From assembly GCA_963666835.2 (NCBI GenBank), contig CAXXGO010000007.1, positions 1 through 64,000 on the forward strand: a stretch of 64,000 nt of DNA. Reading direction: 5' to 3'. The notes beneath the pieces were generated by a model. It did not search any database and was not told the origin of the DNA. It was given only the letters and a program-made list of their open reading frames with translations. This document shows positions 40,252 to 49,693 of this stretch, piece by piece (the first letter of the stretch is position 1; each line of letters begins with the position of its first letter). The stretch is from Phycisphaerae bacterium. GTDB lineage: Bacteria > Planctomycetota > Phycisphaerae > UBA1845. The translations under genes were made by a program, and so were the position numbers.

Positions 40252-41199
40252 TCACAGCGACGTGAACATGTCACCTTCTCTCACGTGCCGGCCGTTGACG
40301 TAATCGCCCCAGCTCATGACCCGCCCGGATGACGGCTTGATCTCCAGAATCTCGACGAAGCCGGCGCCGGCGGCCACGTAGCGCCGAGCATCGATAGTCC
40401 CCGGGGCAATCGCAGGCGCGGTCGGGTCTTCCGCGCGGCGAGCTCGGGTGATGGCCACCTGCTCCCAGCGACCGTCGTCGGATTCGAAACGGGCGCGGGC
40501 GCCGGGCCAGGGCGTCATGCCGCAGATGTGGTTGGCCACGTACCGGGCGGGACGGTTGAAGTCTATCAACCCGTCGGACTTCTTCAGTTTCGGGGCTCGC
40601 GTCGCCTCGGCCTCATTCTGCGGGGTGCCCTCCGGGATGGCGTCTCCGGCAAACAGCTCGATGGTCGCCCTGACGGCGTCGACCCCGACCCCGGCCAGCC
40701 GGTCGTGAAGCTCTTCCGCGGTTTCCTCCGGCTTCAGGGCCGTCCAACGTGAGGCGAGAATCGGTCCGGCGTCCATCCGCTCGACAATGCGAAAGACGGT
40801 GCAGCCGGAACGCTCCTCCCCGTGGACAATCGCCCAGTTGATCGGGGCCGCCCCGCGATACTTGGGCAGCAGGGACGCGTGCAGATTGACGAAGCCGCCG
40901 GGTGCGCTGGCCATCAGTTCCGGCCCGAGCTTCTGACCGAAGTCTATCACCAACCCGAGCCGGGCATCGAGACTGCGGATCCGGTCGACGGTATCCGGGT
41001 CGTTGACGTCCGGGGCTTCGAGCGTCTCCAAACCCAGCTCATCTGCAAGAGCTCGAACCGGGGTCCGGGCAGTGTGGCGTCCGCGACCGCTGGGGCGGGC
41101 GGGCTGGGTGATAACCAGCGGTACTTCGTGTTCGCTCTGGGCCAGCCACCGCAAGGTGGGGCGGGCAAACGCCCCGGATGCCACAAAGACGATACGCAT
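40252..41199 (-). CDS. fmt: Methionyl-tRNA formyltransferase
   Basis: ITQPARPSGRG, NLHASLLPKYRGAAPINWAI, MDAGP, PWPGA. Confidence 0.96.
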   Translation of the reverse strand: MRIVFVASGAFARPTLRWLAQSEHEVPLVITQPARPSGRGRHTARTPVRALADELGLETLEAPDVNDPDTVDRIRSLDARLGLVIDFGQKLGPELMASAPGGFVNLHASLLPKYRGAAPINWAIVHGEERSGCTVFRIVERMDAGPILASRWTALKPEETAEELHDRLAGVGVDAVRATIELFAGDAIPEGTPQNEAEATRAPKLKKSDGLIDFNRPARYVANHICGMTPWPGARARFESDDGRWEQVAITRARRAEDPTAPAIAPGTIDARRYVAAGAGFVEILEIKPSSGRVMSWGDYVNGRHVREGDMFTSL

Positions 41200-41212
41200 G
41201 GGATTCCCCCAC

Positions 41213-41752
41213 TCACTTCTTGGTTCGCTGCCGCTGGGCGTACTCTTGTTTGAGCTGCTTGAGGGCCCGGCGGTTGGCGATCTCGTCGGTCGCGGACATG
41301 GCATCCGCCACCAATCGGCCGACCAGGTGATCGCACTCGTGCTGCCACACCCTGGCGAGCAAGTCCGTTCCGACCATCCGAACCGGCTGACCGTCGAGGT
41401 CAGCGGCATCTATCACCACATGGGAGGCCCGGCGCTTCGTAACCGTCACGCCGGGAAACGACAGACAGCCCTCCTCCGCCTCAACGGCCCCCGTCAGCTC
41501 CGATAAACGTGGATTGACGAAGATCTGCCGGTCTTGCGGCTCTCCGGTTATGTTGCAGATGAACAACTGCACGGGCCAGGCAACCTGAGGGGCGGCCAGC
41601 CCGATCCCTCTACCATCGCGCATGACTTCGAACATGCGCTCCACCACGATCTTGAGCTGGTCGCTGAACTCCTCTACAGGAGCGCAGACTTCGCGCAAGA
41701 TCGGATCCGGGTAATGGATTATGCGAAGCTCGGCTGGGTTGGGTATTGGCAT
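41213..41752 (-). CDS. def: Peptide deformylase
   Basis: GIGLAAPQV, EGCLS and QHECDHL motifs. Confidence 0.96.
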   Translation of the reverse strand: MPIPNPAELRIIHYPDPILREVCAPVEEFSDQLKIVVERMFEVMRDGRGIGLAAPQVAWPVQLFICNITGEPQDRQIFVNPRLSELTGAVEAEEGCLSFPGVTVTKRRASHVVIDAADLDGQPVRMVGTDLLARVWQHECDHLVGRLVADAMSATDEIANRRALKQLKQEYAQRQRTKK

Positions 41753-41803
41753 GGATGACACTTTCTGACAATCGAGATCGGCTCGCGCGGCTCCTCACGG
41801 ATC

Positions 41804-41832
41804 TTGACACTAGCCGTACCCAAGAATACTAT
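41804..41832 (+). promoter_or_regulatory. Sigma70-type promoter for the TPR-rpsT transcript
   Basis: TTGACA-N17-TACTAT. Confidence 0.6.
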
Positions 41833-41997
41833 CTGTGGTCTTTCGTTTGTAAAGGTATACTATCTACCTGTGTTGTATTTCATGGCTTGCGTGGTGTGCC
41901 GAGAACCCAGTTTCGCCGGCGTCGATGCCTGAACCGGCGATGATACCGGCAGGTCTCGTAGCCTCTCCGTCGTTTTAACAGAAAGTTACCAAGGCCC

Positions 41998-43458
41998 ATG
42001 GCGAAGAACAAGAACGGTGATTCGGAACCACCGGCCGACCCGAATGCCCGCTTGGTAACCAGCAAAGAAGACAAGCTCAAGGCCAAGAAGTGGTTCGACC
42101 GCGCCCGCGAGCTGGGCGACAAGCGGCAGTTCGACTACGCCATCGAGTATTACGTAAACGGCTTGGAATACTGGCCCAACGCGGTAGAGGAGGCCTGCAA
42201 GCCTCTTCACGGTTGCGCGGTCGCCCGCAGGCAGACCGGCGGCAAGAAACCCGGCATCCGCGACAGTATGAAGCACTCCATGAACGACAAGGACCCCAAG
42301 AAGGCGTTCCTGAACGCCGCTTGGCTGTTCGGTCATGATCCCGATAACGCCGACTACCTCGAAGGGATGGCCAAGACGGCTAATCGGCTCCGGGCGGAGG
42401 ATGCAGCCTTATGGGCGTGCGGCCTGTGCCGTAAGACCTTGGAAGGGTCCGCCAAGACCAACGCCAAGCAGTATTTGGCGCTGGCCGGGTTGTTCGAGGA
42501 AATCGGGGAGCGAGCCGCCGCTCGCGACGACGCGGCGCTTGGCGTCGAGGCTTTCAATTCGGGAGTTCAGTTACTCCACACCCTGCGAGCCCGGGTTTCT
42601 AAGGACCGAACCGTCGAAAACAGTCTGCGCGACCTATCCACCAAGCTGACCATCCTGAAAGGCAAATACCAGGAGGGCGAGTCCTTCCGGGATAGTATCC
42701 AGGACAAAGAAACTCAGAGGGTGTTGCACGATGAAGAGCGCACCATGCAGGCGGACGAGCGGGTCGAACAGCTCATCGCCCAGGCGGATCAGGCGTTTCG
42801 GGAGGCGCCGGACGACGCTCGTACCCTCAGCCGCCTCGTGGATTTGCTGTGCCGCCGGGAGAACGAAGAAGATGAGCTGCGCGCCATCGGCCTGCTCGTC
42901 GCCCAGTTTAAGCGGACCTCAGACTACCGCCACAAACACAATGCTGACGACATCCGCATGAAACAGCTCGGCCGAAAGGTCCGCCAGGCTACCAAGGCCG
43001 GCGACGAGGCCGCCGCCAAAGAGGCCCAGGTCGCAAGCCTTCGCTTCGATTTGGGCGTGTTCAAAGAACGGGTGGAGAGATACCCGACGGACAACCGGGT
43101 GAAGTTCGAATACGGGGTCCGGCTGTTCAAGGCCGGGAGATTCGACGACGCCATCCCCGCCTTTCAGGCTGCCCGCACCGATCCCAAGAACCGCAGTGCA
43201 TGTGGCCTGTATCTGGGGCGCTGCTTCTTCCGCAAAGGTTACTTCACCCAGGCGATAACCGCTCTGAAGTCGGAAATAGAAGCCCACGAGCACTCGGATG
43301 ACGATCTGGCTAAAGGCCTGCTTTACTGGCTAGGGAGGAGCTACGAGGCCGCGAAGGACGCAAAGAAGGCCGAACAGGTTTATGGAGAGATTCTCCAACT
43401 GGACTACAACTATAAGGACGTCCGTGCTAGAATGGACGGTCTGTCGTCGGCCGATTAG
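41998..43458 (+). CDS. Tetratricopeptide repeat protein
   Basis: Helical TPR-like repeats, 'YWLGRSYEA...EILQLDYNYKDV'. Confidence 0.88.
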   Translation: MAKNKNGDSEPPADPNARLVTSKEDKLKAKKWFDRARELGDKRQFDYAIEYYVNGLEYWPNAVEEACKPLHGCAVARRQTGGKKPGIRDSMKHSMNDKDPKKAFLNAAWLFGHDPDNADYLEGMAKTANRLRAEDAALWACGLCRKTLEGSAKTNAKQYLALAGLFEEIGERAAARDDAALGVEAFNSGVQLLHTLRARVSKDRTVENSLRDLSTKLTILKGKYQEGESFRDSIQDKETQRVLHDEERTMQADERVEQLIAQADQAFREAPDDARTLSRLVDLLCRRENEEDELRAIGLLVAQFKRTSDYRHKHNADDIRMKQLGRKVRQATKAGDEAAAKEAQVASLRFDLGVFKERVERYPTDNRVKFEYGVRLFKAGRFDDAIPAFQAARTDPKNRSACGLYLGRCFFRKGYFTQAITALKSEIEAHEHSDDDLAKGLLYWLGRSYEAAKDAKKAEQVYGEILQLDYNYKDVRARMDGLSSAD

Positions 43459-43503
43459 TGAGATAACGGACGGCAGGGAAGGCTTACTGACGGAGAAGAG
43501 ACT

Positions 43504-43782
43504 GTGGCGAATTTGCCTTCGGCCAAGAAGCGCAACAAGCAGAACGAACGTAACCGTATTCGCAATCGTGCCCGCAAGTCGGTGATAAAGACCGAAACGC
43601 GTAAGCTCTTGGATGCGATTCATGAGGGTGACGTTGACGCGGCACAAAGTGCGTTCGTTAAAGTGACGAAGAAGATCGACCAGGTAGCCGCGCATGGCAC
43701 TCTGCACAAGAATACCGCTGCCCGCAAGAAATCGCGGCTGGCGCGCCGGCTGAACGCGGCTCTGGCCGCAAAGAAAGCCTGA
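43504..43782 (+). CDS. rpsT: 30S ribosomal protein S20
   Basis: MANLPSAKKR...LHKNTAARKKSRL. Confidence 0.97.
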   Translation: MANLPSAKKRNKQNERNRIRNRARKSVIKTETRKLLDAIHEGDVDAAQSAFVKVTKKIDQVAAHGTLHKNTAARKKSRLARRLNAALAAKKA

Positions 43783-43826
43783 CCAGCGGGCGGGGGGTAG
43801 CCCCGCGCTCGTTTACGTAGAACACC

Positions 43827-43860
43827 CACGGGTGCTGCGGTCTGCGGCGCCCGTGTTTTT
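43827..43860 (+). terminator. Rho-independent terminator after rpsT
   Basis: CACGGGTGCTGC/GCGGCGCCCGTG stem followed by TTTTT. Confidence 0.7.
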
Positions 43861-43872
43861 CTGCGCTAAGTT

Positions 43873-44469
43873 ATGACCGCACCGCAATCCGAAGAATACG
43901 TCTCGCGTGGCGGTGACAAGCTCGCGGCGGCGCTCGATCGTTTCGAGATCGAAGTTGATGGACTGGTTTGCGCCGACCTGGGGAGCCACGTCGGGGGCTT
44001 CGTGGATTGCCTGTTGCGCCGGGGCGCTCGGCGGGCGTATTCGGTGGACACTTCGTACGGTACCCTTGCGTGGAAACTCCGACGCGACCCCAGGGTCGTG
44101 GTCATCGAGCGGAAGAACGCCATGCACGTCGAACTGCCGGAGCTTTGCGAACTTGTCACCGTCGATGTGGGATGGACGCCGCAAGCAAAGATTCTGCCGA
44201 ACGTAGCCCGGATGCTGCAAGCGACAGGACGGGTCGTTACCTTGGTTAAGCCCCACTACGAGGCACCGCGCAAGTGGTTGGAAGGCGGTGTGCTTCCCGA
44301 CGCCAGGGTTGACGGCGTAGTCGGCAATGTGCTCGAGCAAGCCGCGGCCACGGGGTGGGAAGTGCTCGGCACCGTCCCCAGCCCAATACGAGGCCAGGGC
44401 GGAAACCAGGAGTTTCTCGCCCTGCTTACCCGCGCATGTGTAGCGCAAGCATCCTGCGTGCCAAGATGA
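43873..44469 (+). CDS. TlyA/FtsJ-like rRNA methyltransferase lacking the N-terminal S4 domain
   Basis: YVSRGGDKL, DLGSHVGGF.DCLL, LVKPHYE and SPIRG.GGNQEFL motifs. Confidence 0.85.
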   Translation: MTAPQSEEYVSRGGDKLAAALDRFEIEVDGLVCADLGSHVGGFVDCLLRRGARRAYSVDTSYGTLAWKLRRDPRVVVIERKNAMHVELPELCELVTVDVGWTPQAKILPNVARMLQATGRVVTLVKPHYEAPRKWLEGGVLPDARVDGVVGNVLEQAAATGWEVLGTVPSPIRGQGGNQEFLALLTRACVAQASCVPR

Positions 44470-44584
44470 TATGCAACTCAGTCGGCATGGGTAGGGCACG
44501 GTCGAGGTACGAGACCTGCCGCAAAGGAGCGCGTCATGCGAAAGCTGATTGCGGGATGGGGGTGCCCATCGGGTCCCGATCCGT

Positions 44585-46511
44585 GTCGGAGTAGGAATCC
44601 CGGTTACCCGGGACCCCCTCCACAGATCCCAGCGTGCGGGACTACCGCACTGGGCTCCTGCCTTGGGTCATAACGGCCAGGTGTCGGTCGGGGTAAGGAT
44701 GTAGGATTTTGGGAGCAGGTATCCACTGCTTGGCCAAACGGTTCATGCGGGCCCAGGTAATCCGAGTCTTCTCGCTGCGACGCCGGAGCGTCCAGCGCCA
44801 AAGACGGACAACCTCATCCCGAAATGCCGTTAAGGCCGGGTAGTTCCGCGGTACCGCATAATACTGATAGTACCCGCGAACCACCGCCCGCAAATACGCG
44901 CCCACCTCTCGGACGGGGGCATGCATACGTCGCCGAAGCTCTTGCTTAATCGCTTTGAGCTTCGCACGCCGTCGTTTCGCGACAGTCTGCCGTAGTACCG
45001 TGAACCTCCCACGCCGGGTCTTGCCACAGATGTGGCGAAAACCCAGAAACTCGAAGGTCGCCGGTTTGCCGCGGCCTTCTCGCTTGCGATTGGTCGACGC
45101 AAAACGGCCGAACTCAATCAGACGAGTCTTGTCCGCATGTAGCTCCAGCTTGAACTTCCGGAGGCGATCCGTCAGCTCATCCCGAAACCGCTCGGCATCC
45201 TCTCGCTGTTGAAATCCCACCACGAAGTCGTCCGCATATCTCACGATAATCACATCTCCGTGAGCTTGCGTCCGTCGCCATTGGCGGGCCCACAAGTCGA
45301 AGGCGTAATGGAGATAGATGTTCGCCAATAGCGGGCTGATACTGCCCCCCTGCGGCGTCCCCGTCTCCGTGTCCCTTCGACACCCGTCCTCCAGCACGCC
45401 GGCGTTCAGCCACTTCTTCACGTGACGCACGACACGCTGGTCTGCGATCCGGTGCTCGACGAACTTGATCAGCCAATCGTGGTCTATGGCATCGAAGAAT
45501 CCACGAATGTCTGCATCCAGCACCCAATTCACCTTCTTCCTCTCGATGCCGACAGTCAGGGCACTTAACGCCTGATGGGCGTCCCGTCCTGGTCGAAATC
45601 CGTAGGAGAACCCGAGGAAGTCTGCCTCGTAGACAGCCGAGAGCACATCGGTCATCGCCCGTTGGACGATCTTGTCTTCCAACACGGGAATCCCTATTGG
45701 TCTCTGCCGTCCATCGGGTTTCGGAATGTAGACCCGCTTGACCGGCCTCGCTCGGTACGCTCCGCGCTGTAGACGTGCCGACAGATCCAAGAGGTGTTCT
45801 TCTAGGTCCCTGCCGTACGCCTCCCATGTCATGCCGTCCATCCCCGGTGCCGAAGCATGCTTGAGGCTCAAGTACGCCTCCCGGAGGCGAGCGACATCAT
45901 AGACATGGTGCCAAAGCGTGGTGAACTGTAAATCCTTATCCTTTACCGCTGCCTGTCGTACCCGATCCAACCCGCTTTGCAGACGATCCCGGCTCTGCGT
46001 ACGGTGCCTGTTGTGTCGAATCGAGTTGCCCTTGGCCAGGCCCCTTTCCTCCAACTGCTCCGCGGACGACCTCCCCGCCGGGGGATCACCGTTGTTCGCA
46101 GTCTTCTTCGGTACTATGGGCCTGTCCGACTTCCCGCGCCCGTGCATCAGTGTCGTGCTCCTATGGATTCACACTGCGGACCTCGATGCCATGTTCGAGG
46201 CCGAACGCGGGATCTCCCGGGTTCCGCGTGAGGAGTTTCCGTGCGTGCTCGGGTTCTAAGACCGCGCGGAGTCCGAAAGGCGTCTCGCGTTAACGACGCC
46301 CTCCGGTGTTGCCTTCCGCCTTGGGGGACGGCGTCGGCACTCCGGAGTAAAAGGCTTTCACGGCTCAATGGCCGGCCCGCACGTGCCCCTGTCAACGCTC
46401 CCGCCATGCCCTTGCGGACACCACAGTATGACTCGGGGTCGGTGTGGTTCGCTATTCCTTCACCGTATGGCTCTCTCATCCACTACTCCTCACCGGCTTA
46501 CCGGCGCTTTC
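44585..46511 (-). mobile_element. Complete group II intron (IIB-like, bacterial class E-like)
   Basis: DV GAGCCCAGTGCGGTAGTCCCGCACGCTGGGATC; DVI ending CCTACTCCGAC (bulged A at -8); domain I motifs; EBS1 CCCCCA (46322-46327) complementary to exon TGGGGG; flanks rejoin into a repeat seen intact elsewhere in the window. Confidence 0.92.
44642..46147 (-). CDS. ltrA: Group II intron reverse transcriptase/maturase without endonuclease domain
   Basis: RP.GIP..EDKIVQ, SYGFRPGR, DADIRGFFD, GTPQGGSISPLLANIYLH, YADD, FLGF and X domain; the stop codon lies inside DV. Confidence 0.96.
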   Translation of the reverse strand: MHGRGKSDRPIVPKKTANNGDPPAGRSSAEQLEERGLAKGNSIRHNRHRTQSRDRLQSGLDRVRQAAVKDKDLQFTTLWHHVYDVARLREAYLSLKHASAPGMDGMTWEAYGRDLEEHLLDLSARLQRGAYRARPVKRVYIPKPDGRQRPIGIPVLEDKIVQRAMTDVLSAVYEADFLGFSYGFRPGRDAHQALSALTVGIERKKVNWVLDADIRGFFDAIDHDWLIKFVEHRIADQRVVRHVKKWLNAGVLEDGCRRDTETGTPQGGSISPLLANIYLHYAFDLWARQWRRTQAHGDVIIVRYADDFVVGFQQREDAERFRDELTDRLRKFKLELHADKTRLIEFGRFASTNRKREGRGKPATFEFLGFRHICGKTRRGRFTVLRQTVAKRRRAKLKAIKQELRRRMHAPVREVGAYLRAVVRGYYQYYAVPRNYPALTAFRDEVVRLWRWTLRRRSEKTRITWARMNRLAKQWIPAPKILHPYPDRHLAVMTQGRSPVR

Positions 46512-46621
46512 CCCCCACCCATTCCGGCGGGGAGCCGGCGTTACTGTCCCAGCTTGGCAAATGCCGGAATGGATGGGGCACCCGCGCCGACCAAGGGGTA
46601 AGACCAAACGGTTGTCCGCAA

Positions 46622-46855
46622 CTATGTGACCGTCAGAAGGACCAGCGCGGCCACCAGCAACAGAACGACCACGGCCGCGATCCACCGTTTCGACGAACCG
46701 CCCGGATCCACCGGGATGATCCAGTCGCCGCAGTGTGGACATTGCTGCGTATCTTCGTGAACCAGATTCTTGCAGGCGGGGCAGGCCAGGTAGACGTCGT
46801 CCTCGTCGCCTTCGTCCTCGACCCACTCCTCGTCCGGGAGGTCGTCGTAATCCAT
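46622..46855 (-). CDS. Small zinc-ribbon membrane protein
   Basis: CPAC..CPHC, C-terminal TM, acidic N-terminus, GGAG RBS. Confidence 0.8.
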   Translation of the reverse strand: MDYDDLPDEEWVEDEGDEDDVYLACPACKNLVHEDTQQCPHCGDWIIPVDPGGSSKRWIAAVVVLLLVAALVLLTVT

Positions 46856-46897
46856 GACAGAGACTCCGGCAGTTCCGCGCCGCCGACGCGGACCGCG

Positions 46898-47479
46898 TCA
46901 ATCGTTCGGGGGAGGGGTGGCCTTGACGACCTTGATCATGTTCTTGAACTCCGGAGTGTCACACCGGTTGCACAGCTCGAACAGAACGCTCTCCACGGTG
47001 GTGATGAACGCCCCCTCCTGCCGCATCCGCTCGAGCGCGTTCTCGTAATCCAACCGCCCGCGCGAACCGACTGCATCGGCGCAGACGAAAACGTCGTAAT
47101 CCATCGCCCGCAGATCGAGGGTGGTCTGCTGCACGCAGACGTGAGCTTCGATCCCGATCACAATCGCCTGCGGCCGGTCGAGTTTCTGCAACGCTTCCCG
47201 GACCGGTGGCTCACCGCACGAGCTGAAGGTCATCTTCTCGATCACCGTGGCGTCCGCGGCCTGCAAACACTGCTGAATGTCCGGCTGCGTCGCACCGATG
47301 CCCTTCGGGTACTGCTCCGTAGCCAACACCGGCATCGAAAAGCAGCGCAGGCCGTCCAGCAGCTTCCGCGCGGCCGCCACGACCCGGTCCTGATGGCCGA
47401 TACTCGGCAACAACTTCTCCTGAATATCGATTACGAATGCAAACGCCCGCTCGACGTCAAGCTGATTAGCACGCATCAT
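46898..47479 (-). CDS. Isochorismatase-family cysteine hydrolase
   Basis: IDIQEKL, TEQYPKGIG, EKMTFS, GIEAHVCVQQT. Confidence 0.92.
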   Translation of the reverse strand: MMRANQLDVERAFAFVIDIQEKLLPSIGHQDRVVAAARKLLDGLRCFSMPVLATEQYPKGIGATQPDIQQCLQAADATVIEKMTFSSCGEPPVREALQKLDRPQAIVIGIEAHVCVQQTTLDLRAMDYDVFVCADAVGSRGRLDYENALERMRQEGAFITTVESVLFELCNRCDTPEFKNMIKVVKATPPPND

Positions 47480-47661
47480 GGTTAGTAGCTCCATCTCGCC
47501 GACCGGAGTCTACGAACGCCCCGCCTGTCCGTCAACGCACGCTATGTAGGTATGGTCGACGTACCAGACCTACTGCGTTCTTTGCGCGACGCGCCAGGAT
47601 GGCGGCAGGTCTCGTGCCTCGACCGTGCCCTACCCGCGCGGACAGCGATGTCTGTCGCGTT

Positions 47662-47731
47662 GTAGGTAAGATGCCTGCGCTACATGCGCCGGCGCTGTTT
47701 GTCGCGCTGCAGGCAGGATGCCTACGCTACG
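47662..47731 (-). repeat. REP-like class D (GTAGCGCAGGCATCCTGCCTGC), two copies
   Basis: GTAG-footed palindrome; a third copy is at about 44440-44461 on the plus strand. Confidence 0.6.
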
Positions 47732-47849
47732 CATTTCGACGCTGCCCTGCACGCGCCTGCGCTGCCCCGCAGTCTTCCGCAGTTGACCCATGACACCAAG
47801 TTGGCACCTCCCGCCGGGCATGGTTCGGCGTGCTTTGGTTTTCTGTTTC

Positions 47850-48530
47850 TTACGAGCCTATTTCGGTCAGCTCCACGGTGAAGTCCACGTCGGAGCTGAA
47901 GAGCTCCTCGTCCTCGTGCATATCCTCGACCCAGATGTAGGCCCCTTCGCAGATCGTGTCGGTTCCCGGCGGCATGGTCATTCCCCCGCCGAATATAGCA
48001 GCGAAGGTATTGAGGGTGCCGTCGGCTCCGGGGAGCGTCAAGTCGTCAGCAACCACGGTCGTCGTGTAAGTCTCGGTCTGTTCTTCGGTAATCGTCCCGA
48101 CAAGCTGGATGCAGTTCGGCCCGACGATCGTATCCCAATAAGCCTCCCACTCCACCTTCCCGGTCAGCACGAAGCTGGAGGGTTCCCAGAAGATCGTGGC
48201 ACCGTCGGACTCCTTCGGCGTGTAGTCGTAGGTCACCCGATAGTCGATCTCCACCGTCGTGGTCTCGCCCGGAGCCAACGTGAATGTGCCCTCCGCCTCG
48301 AGAGTACTCTCTCCGTTGTGCGTCGGCATATCCACATTACTCGTTCCGTAGTGCTCAATCCGAAAAGTCTTGGCTCCGACCGCCACGGCATTATCGTTGT
48401 TGTTCTCTCCCGTCGGGTCGTCCCCGGCCGGAGGGACCGCACATGCCCCGACCATCACGCAGACAAGACCCGCCAAGGCCACCAAACGCAGCGATGCACC
48501 CGAGAAACTACGAAAACCAGCCTGATTCAT
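47850..48530 (-). CDS. Hypothetical lipoprotein
   Basis: VGAC lipobox, acidic beta-rich mature region, GGAGG-like RBS. Confidence 0.75.
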   Translation of the reverse strand: MNQAGFRSFSGASLRLVALAGLVCVMVGACAVPPAGDDPTGENNNDNAVAVGAKTFRIEHYGTSNVDMPTHNGESTLEAEGTFTLAPGETTTVEIDYRVTYDYTPKESDGATIFWEPSSFVLTGKVEWEAYWDTIVGPNCIQLVGTITEEQTETYTTTVVADDLTLPGADGTLNTFAAIFGGGMTMPPGTDTICEGAYIWVEDMHEDEELFSSDVDFTVELTEIGS

Positions 48531-48841
48531 GATTGCCCTCCCGAACACTCAGAATGTACGCACACTCTTCAACGCCACAGACCCGCGTCTGCGGTTGCCA
48601 AACAGAGCCTCCATCGCCGGGCGGAGGCGTTAGCCTGCCATTAAAGGGATGTCTCTACCGAAAGACAGAGGTCTCGTTCGACCGCGCTTGAAGATGATAC
48701 ATGCACGGGGCTGCGGCGCCAAGGTGGTTTGTGATACTTGCGGCAGCTTGGGATGTGCGTTTCGATCGTCGAAAGGGCGCCGGCGCCGGGTCCGCGAAAT
48801 GGGGCTCGCGGACCCGGCACTCACGGCCGGCGCGTTACGCT

Positions 48842-49693
48842 CTATTCTTCGCCGTATCCGTCGCCGGGGTGGTGCTTGCCGCGACCTTCCCGGGGCTTTC
48901 GTCCGTGCCCGTCGCGTGGGCGGTCCTTGCGCGCCTGGCGGGCTTCTTCCTTGCTCAGCACGCCGTCACCGTCGAGATCGGCCTCCGGATTCAACTCGAG
49001 GATCCTGGCGGCGCGCTTCTCGAGTTGCTCCGCGTGCAGAGCGTCGAGTTCCGCGTCAGACAGAGTGCCGTCACCATCGGTGTCAGCTTCCGGATGTCGC
49101 TCGAGCACCCGGGCACGCATCTCGTCCTTGATCGCCGCCAGTTCGGCGTCGTCGATCACCCCGTTGCCGTCGGTGTCCGCTTCGGGCATTCTCCTGGCAA
49201 GTCCGGTCAACATCCGTTCCCGCGCCTTGGCGGCGAAGGCCTTCCATTCGTCGTTGCTCAGCACGCCGTCACCGTCCGCGTCGGCCCCGGGGAACCGTTC
49301 CAAATCGAACTCGGCAGGTGGGGTGTCCGAAGCGAGCAACTCCAGGCGCTTCAACAGACCTCCAAGCTGCTCTCCCGGGCCTTCACCTGCACCCATGTGT
49401 TTGCCACGCATGCCACGATGCCCTTTGCCACGAGGACCGCGCTCGGCGCGCTGGCAGCGCGGCGTCCGCTCGTCCCCGAAGTTCTCCTCCAAGAAAGTCC
49501 GGACTTCCTCATGTGTCAGAGAACCGTCACCGTTAGCATCGATGCCATCGTCTCCGAACCGCTCGAGCAACTTAACCTGCCGAGCGGCGGGAATCGGATC
49601 GTCCGCTCCGTCGTCCGCCACCGCCGTACTCGCCGTCGTTATCGTCCAAGCCAATCCCGCTACGAGGAATCCTCTCATGTATGTTCTCATCAC
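48842..49693 (-). CDS. Secreted EF-hand repeat protein
   Basis: Five DxDGDG.LS..E-type loops (DANGDGSLTHEE, DADGDGVLSNDE, DTDGNGVIDDAE, DTDGDGTLSDAE, DLDGDGVLSKEE); signal peptide. Confidence 0.9.
   Translation of the reverse strand: MMRTYMRGFLVAGLAWTITTASTAVADDGADDPIPAARQVKLLERFGDDGIDANGDGSLTHEEVRTFLEENFGDERTPRCQRAERGPRGKGHRGMRGKHMGAGEGPGEQLGGLLKRLELLASDTPPAEFDLERFPGADADGDGVLSNDEWKAFAAKARERMLTGLARRMPEADTDGNGVIDDAELAAIKDEMRARVLERHPEADTDGDGTLSDAELDALHAEQLEKRAARILELNPEADLDGDGVLSKEEARQARKDRPRDGHGRKPREGRGKHHPGDGYGEE

Noticed and set aside
44642..46147. RT as retron, DGR or defence-associated RT
   Set aside because: It has a maturase X domain and is flanked by full group II intron domains; no template/variable repeat pair or msr-msd seen.
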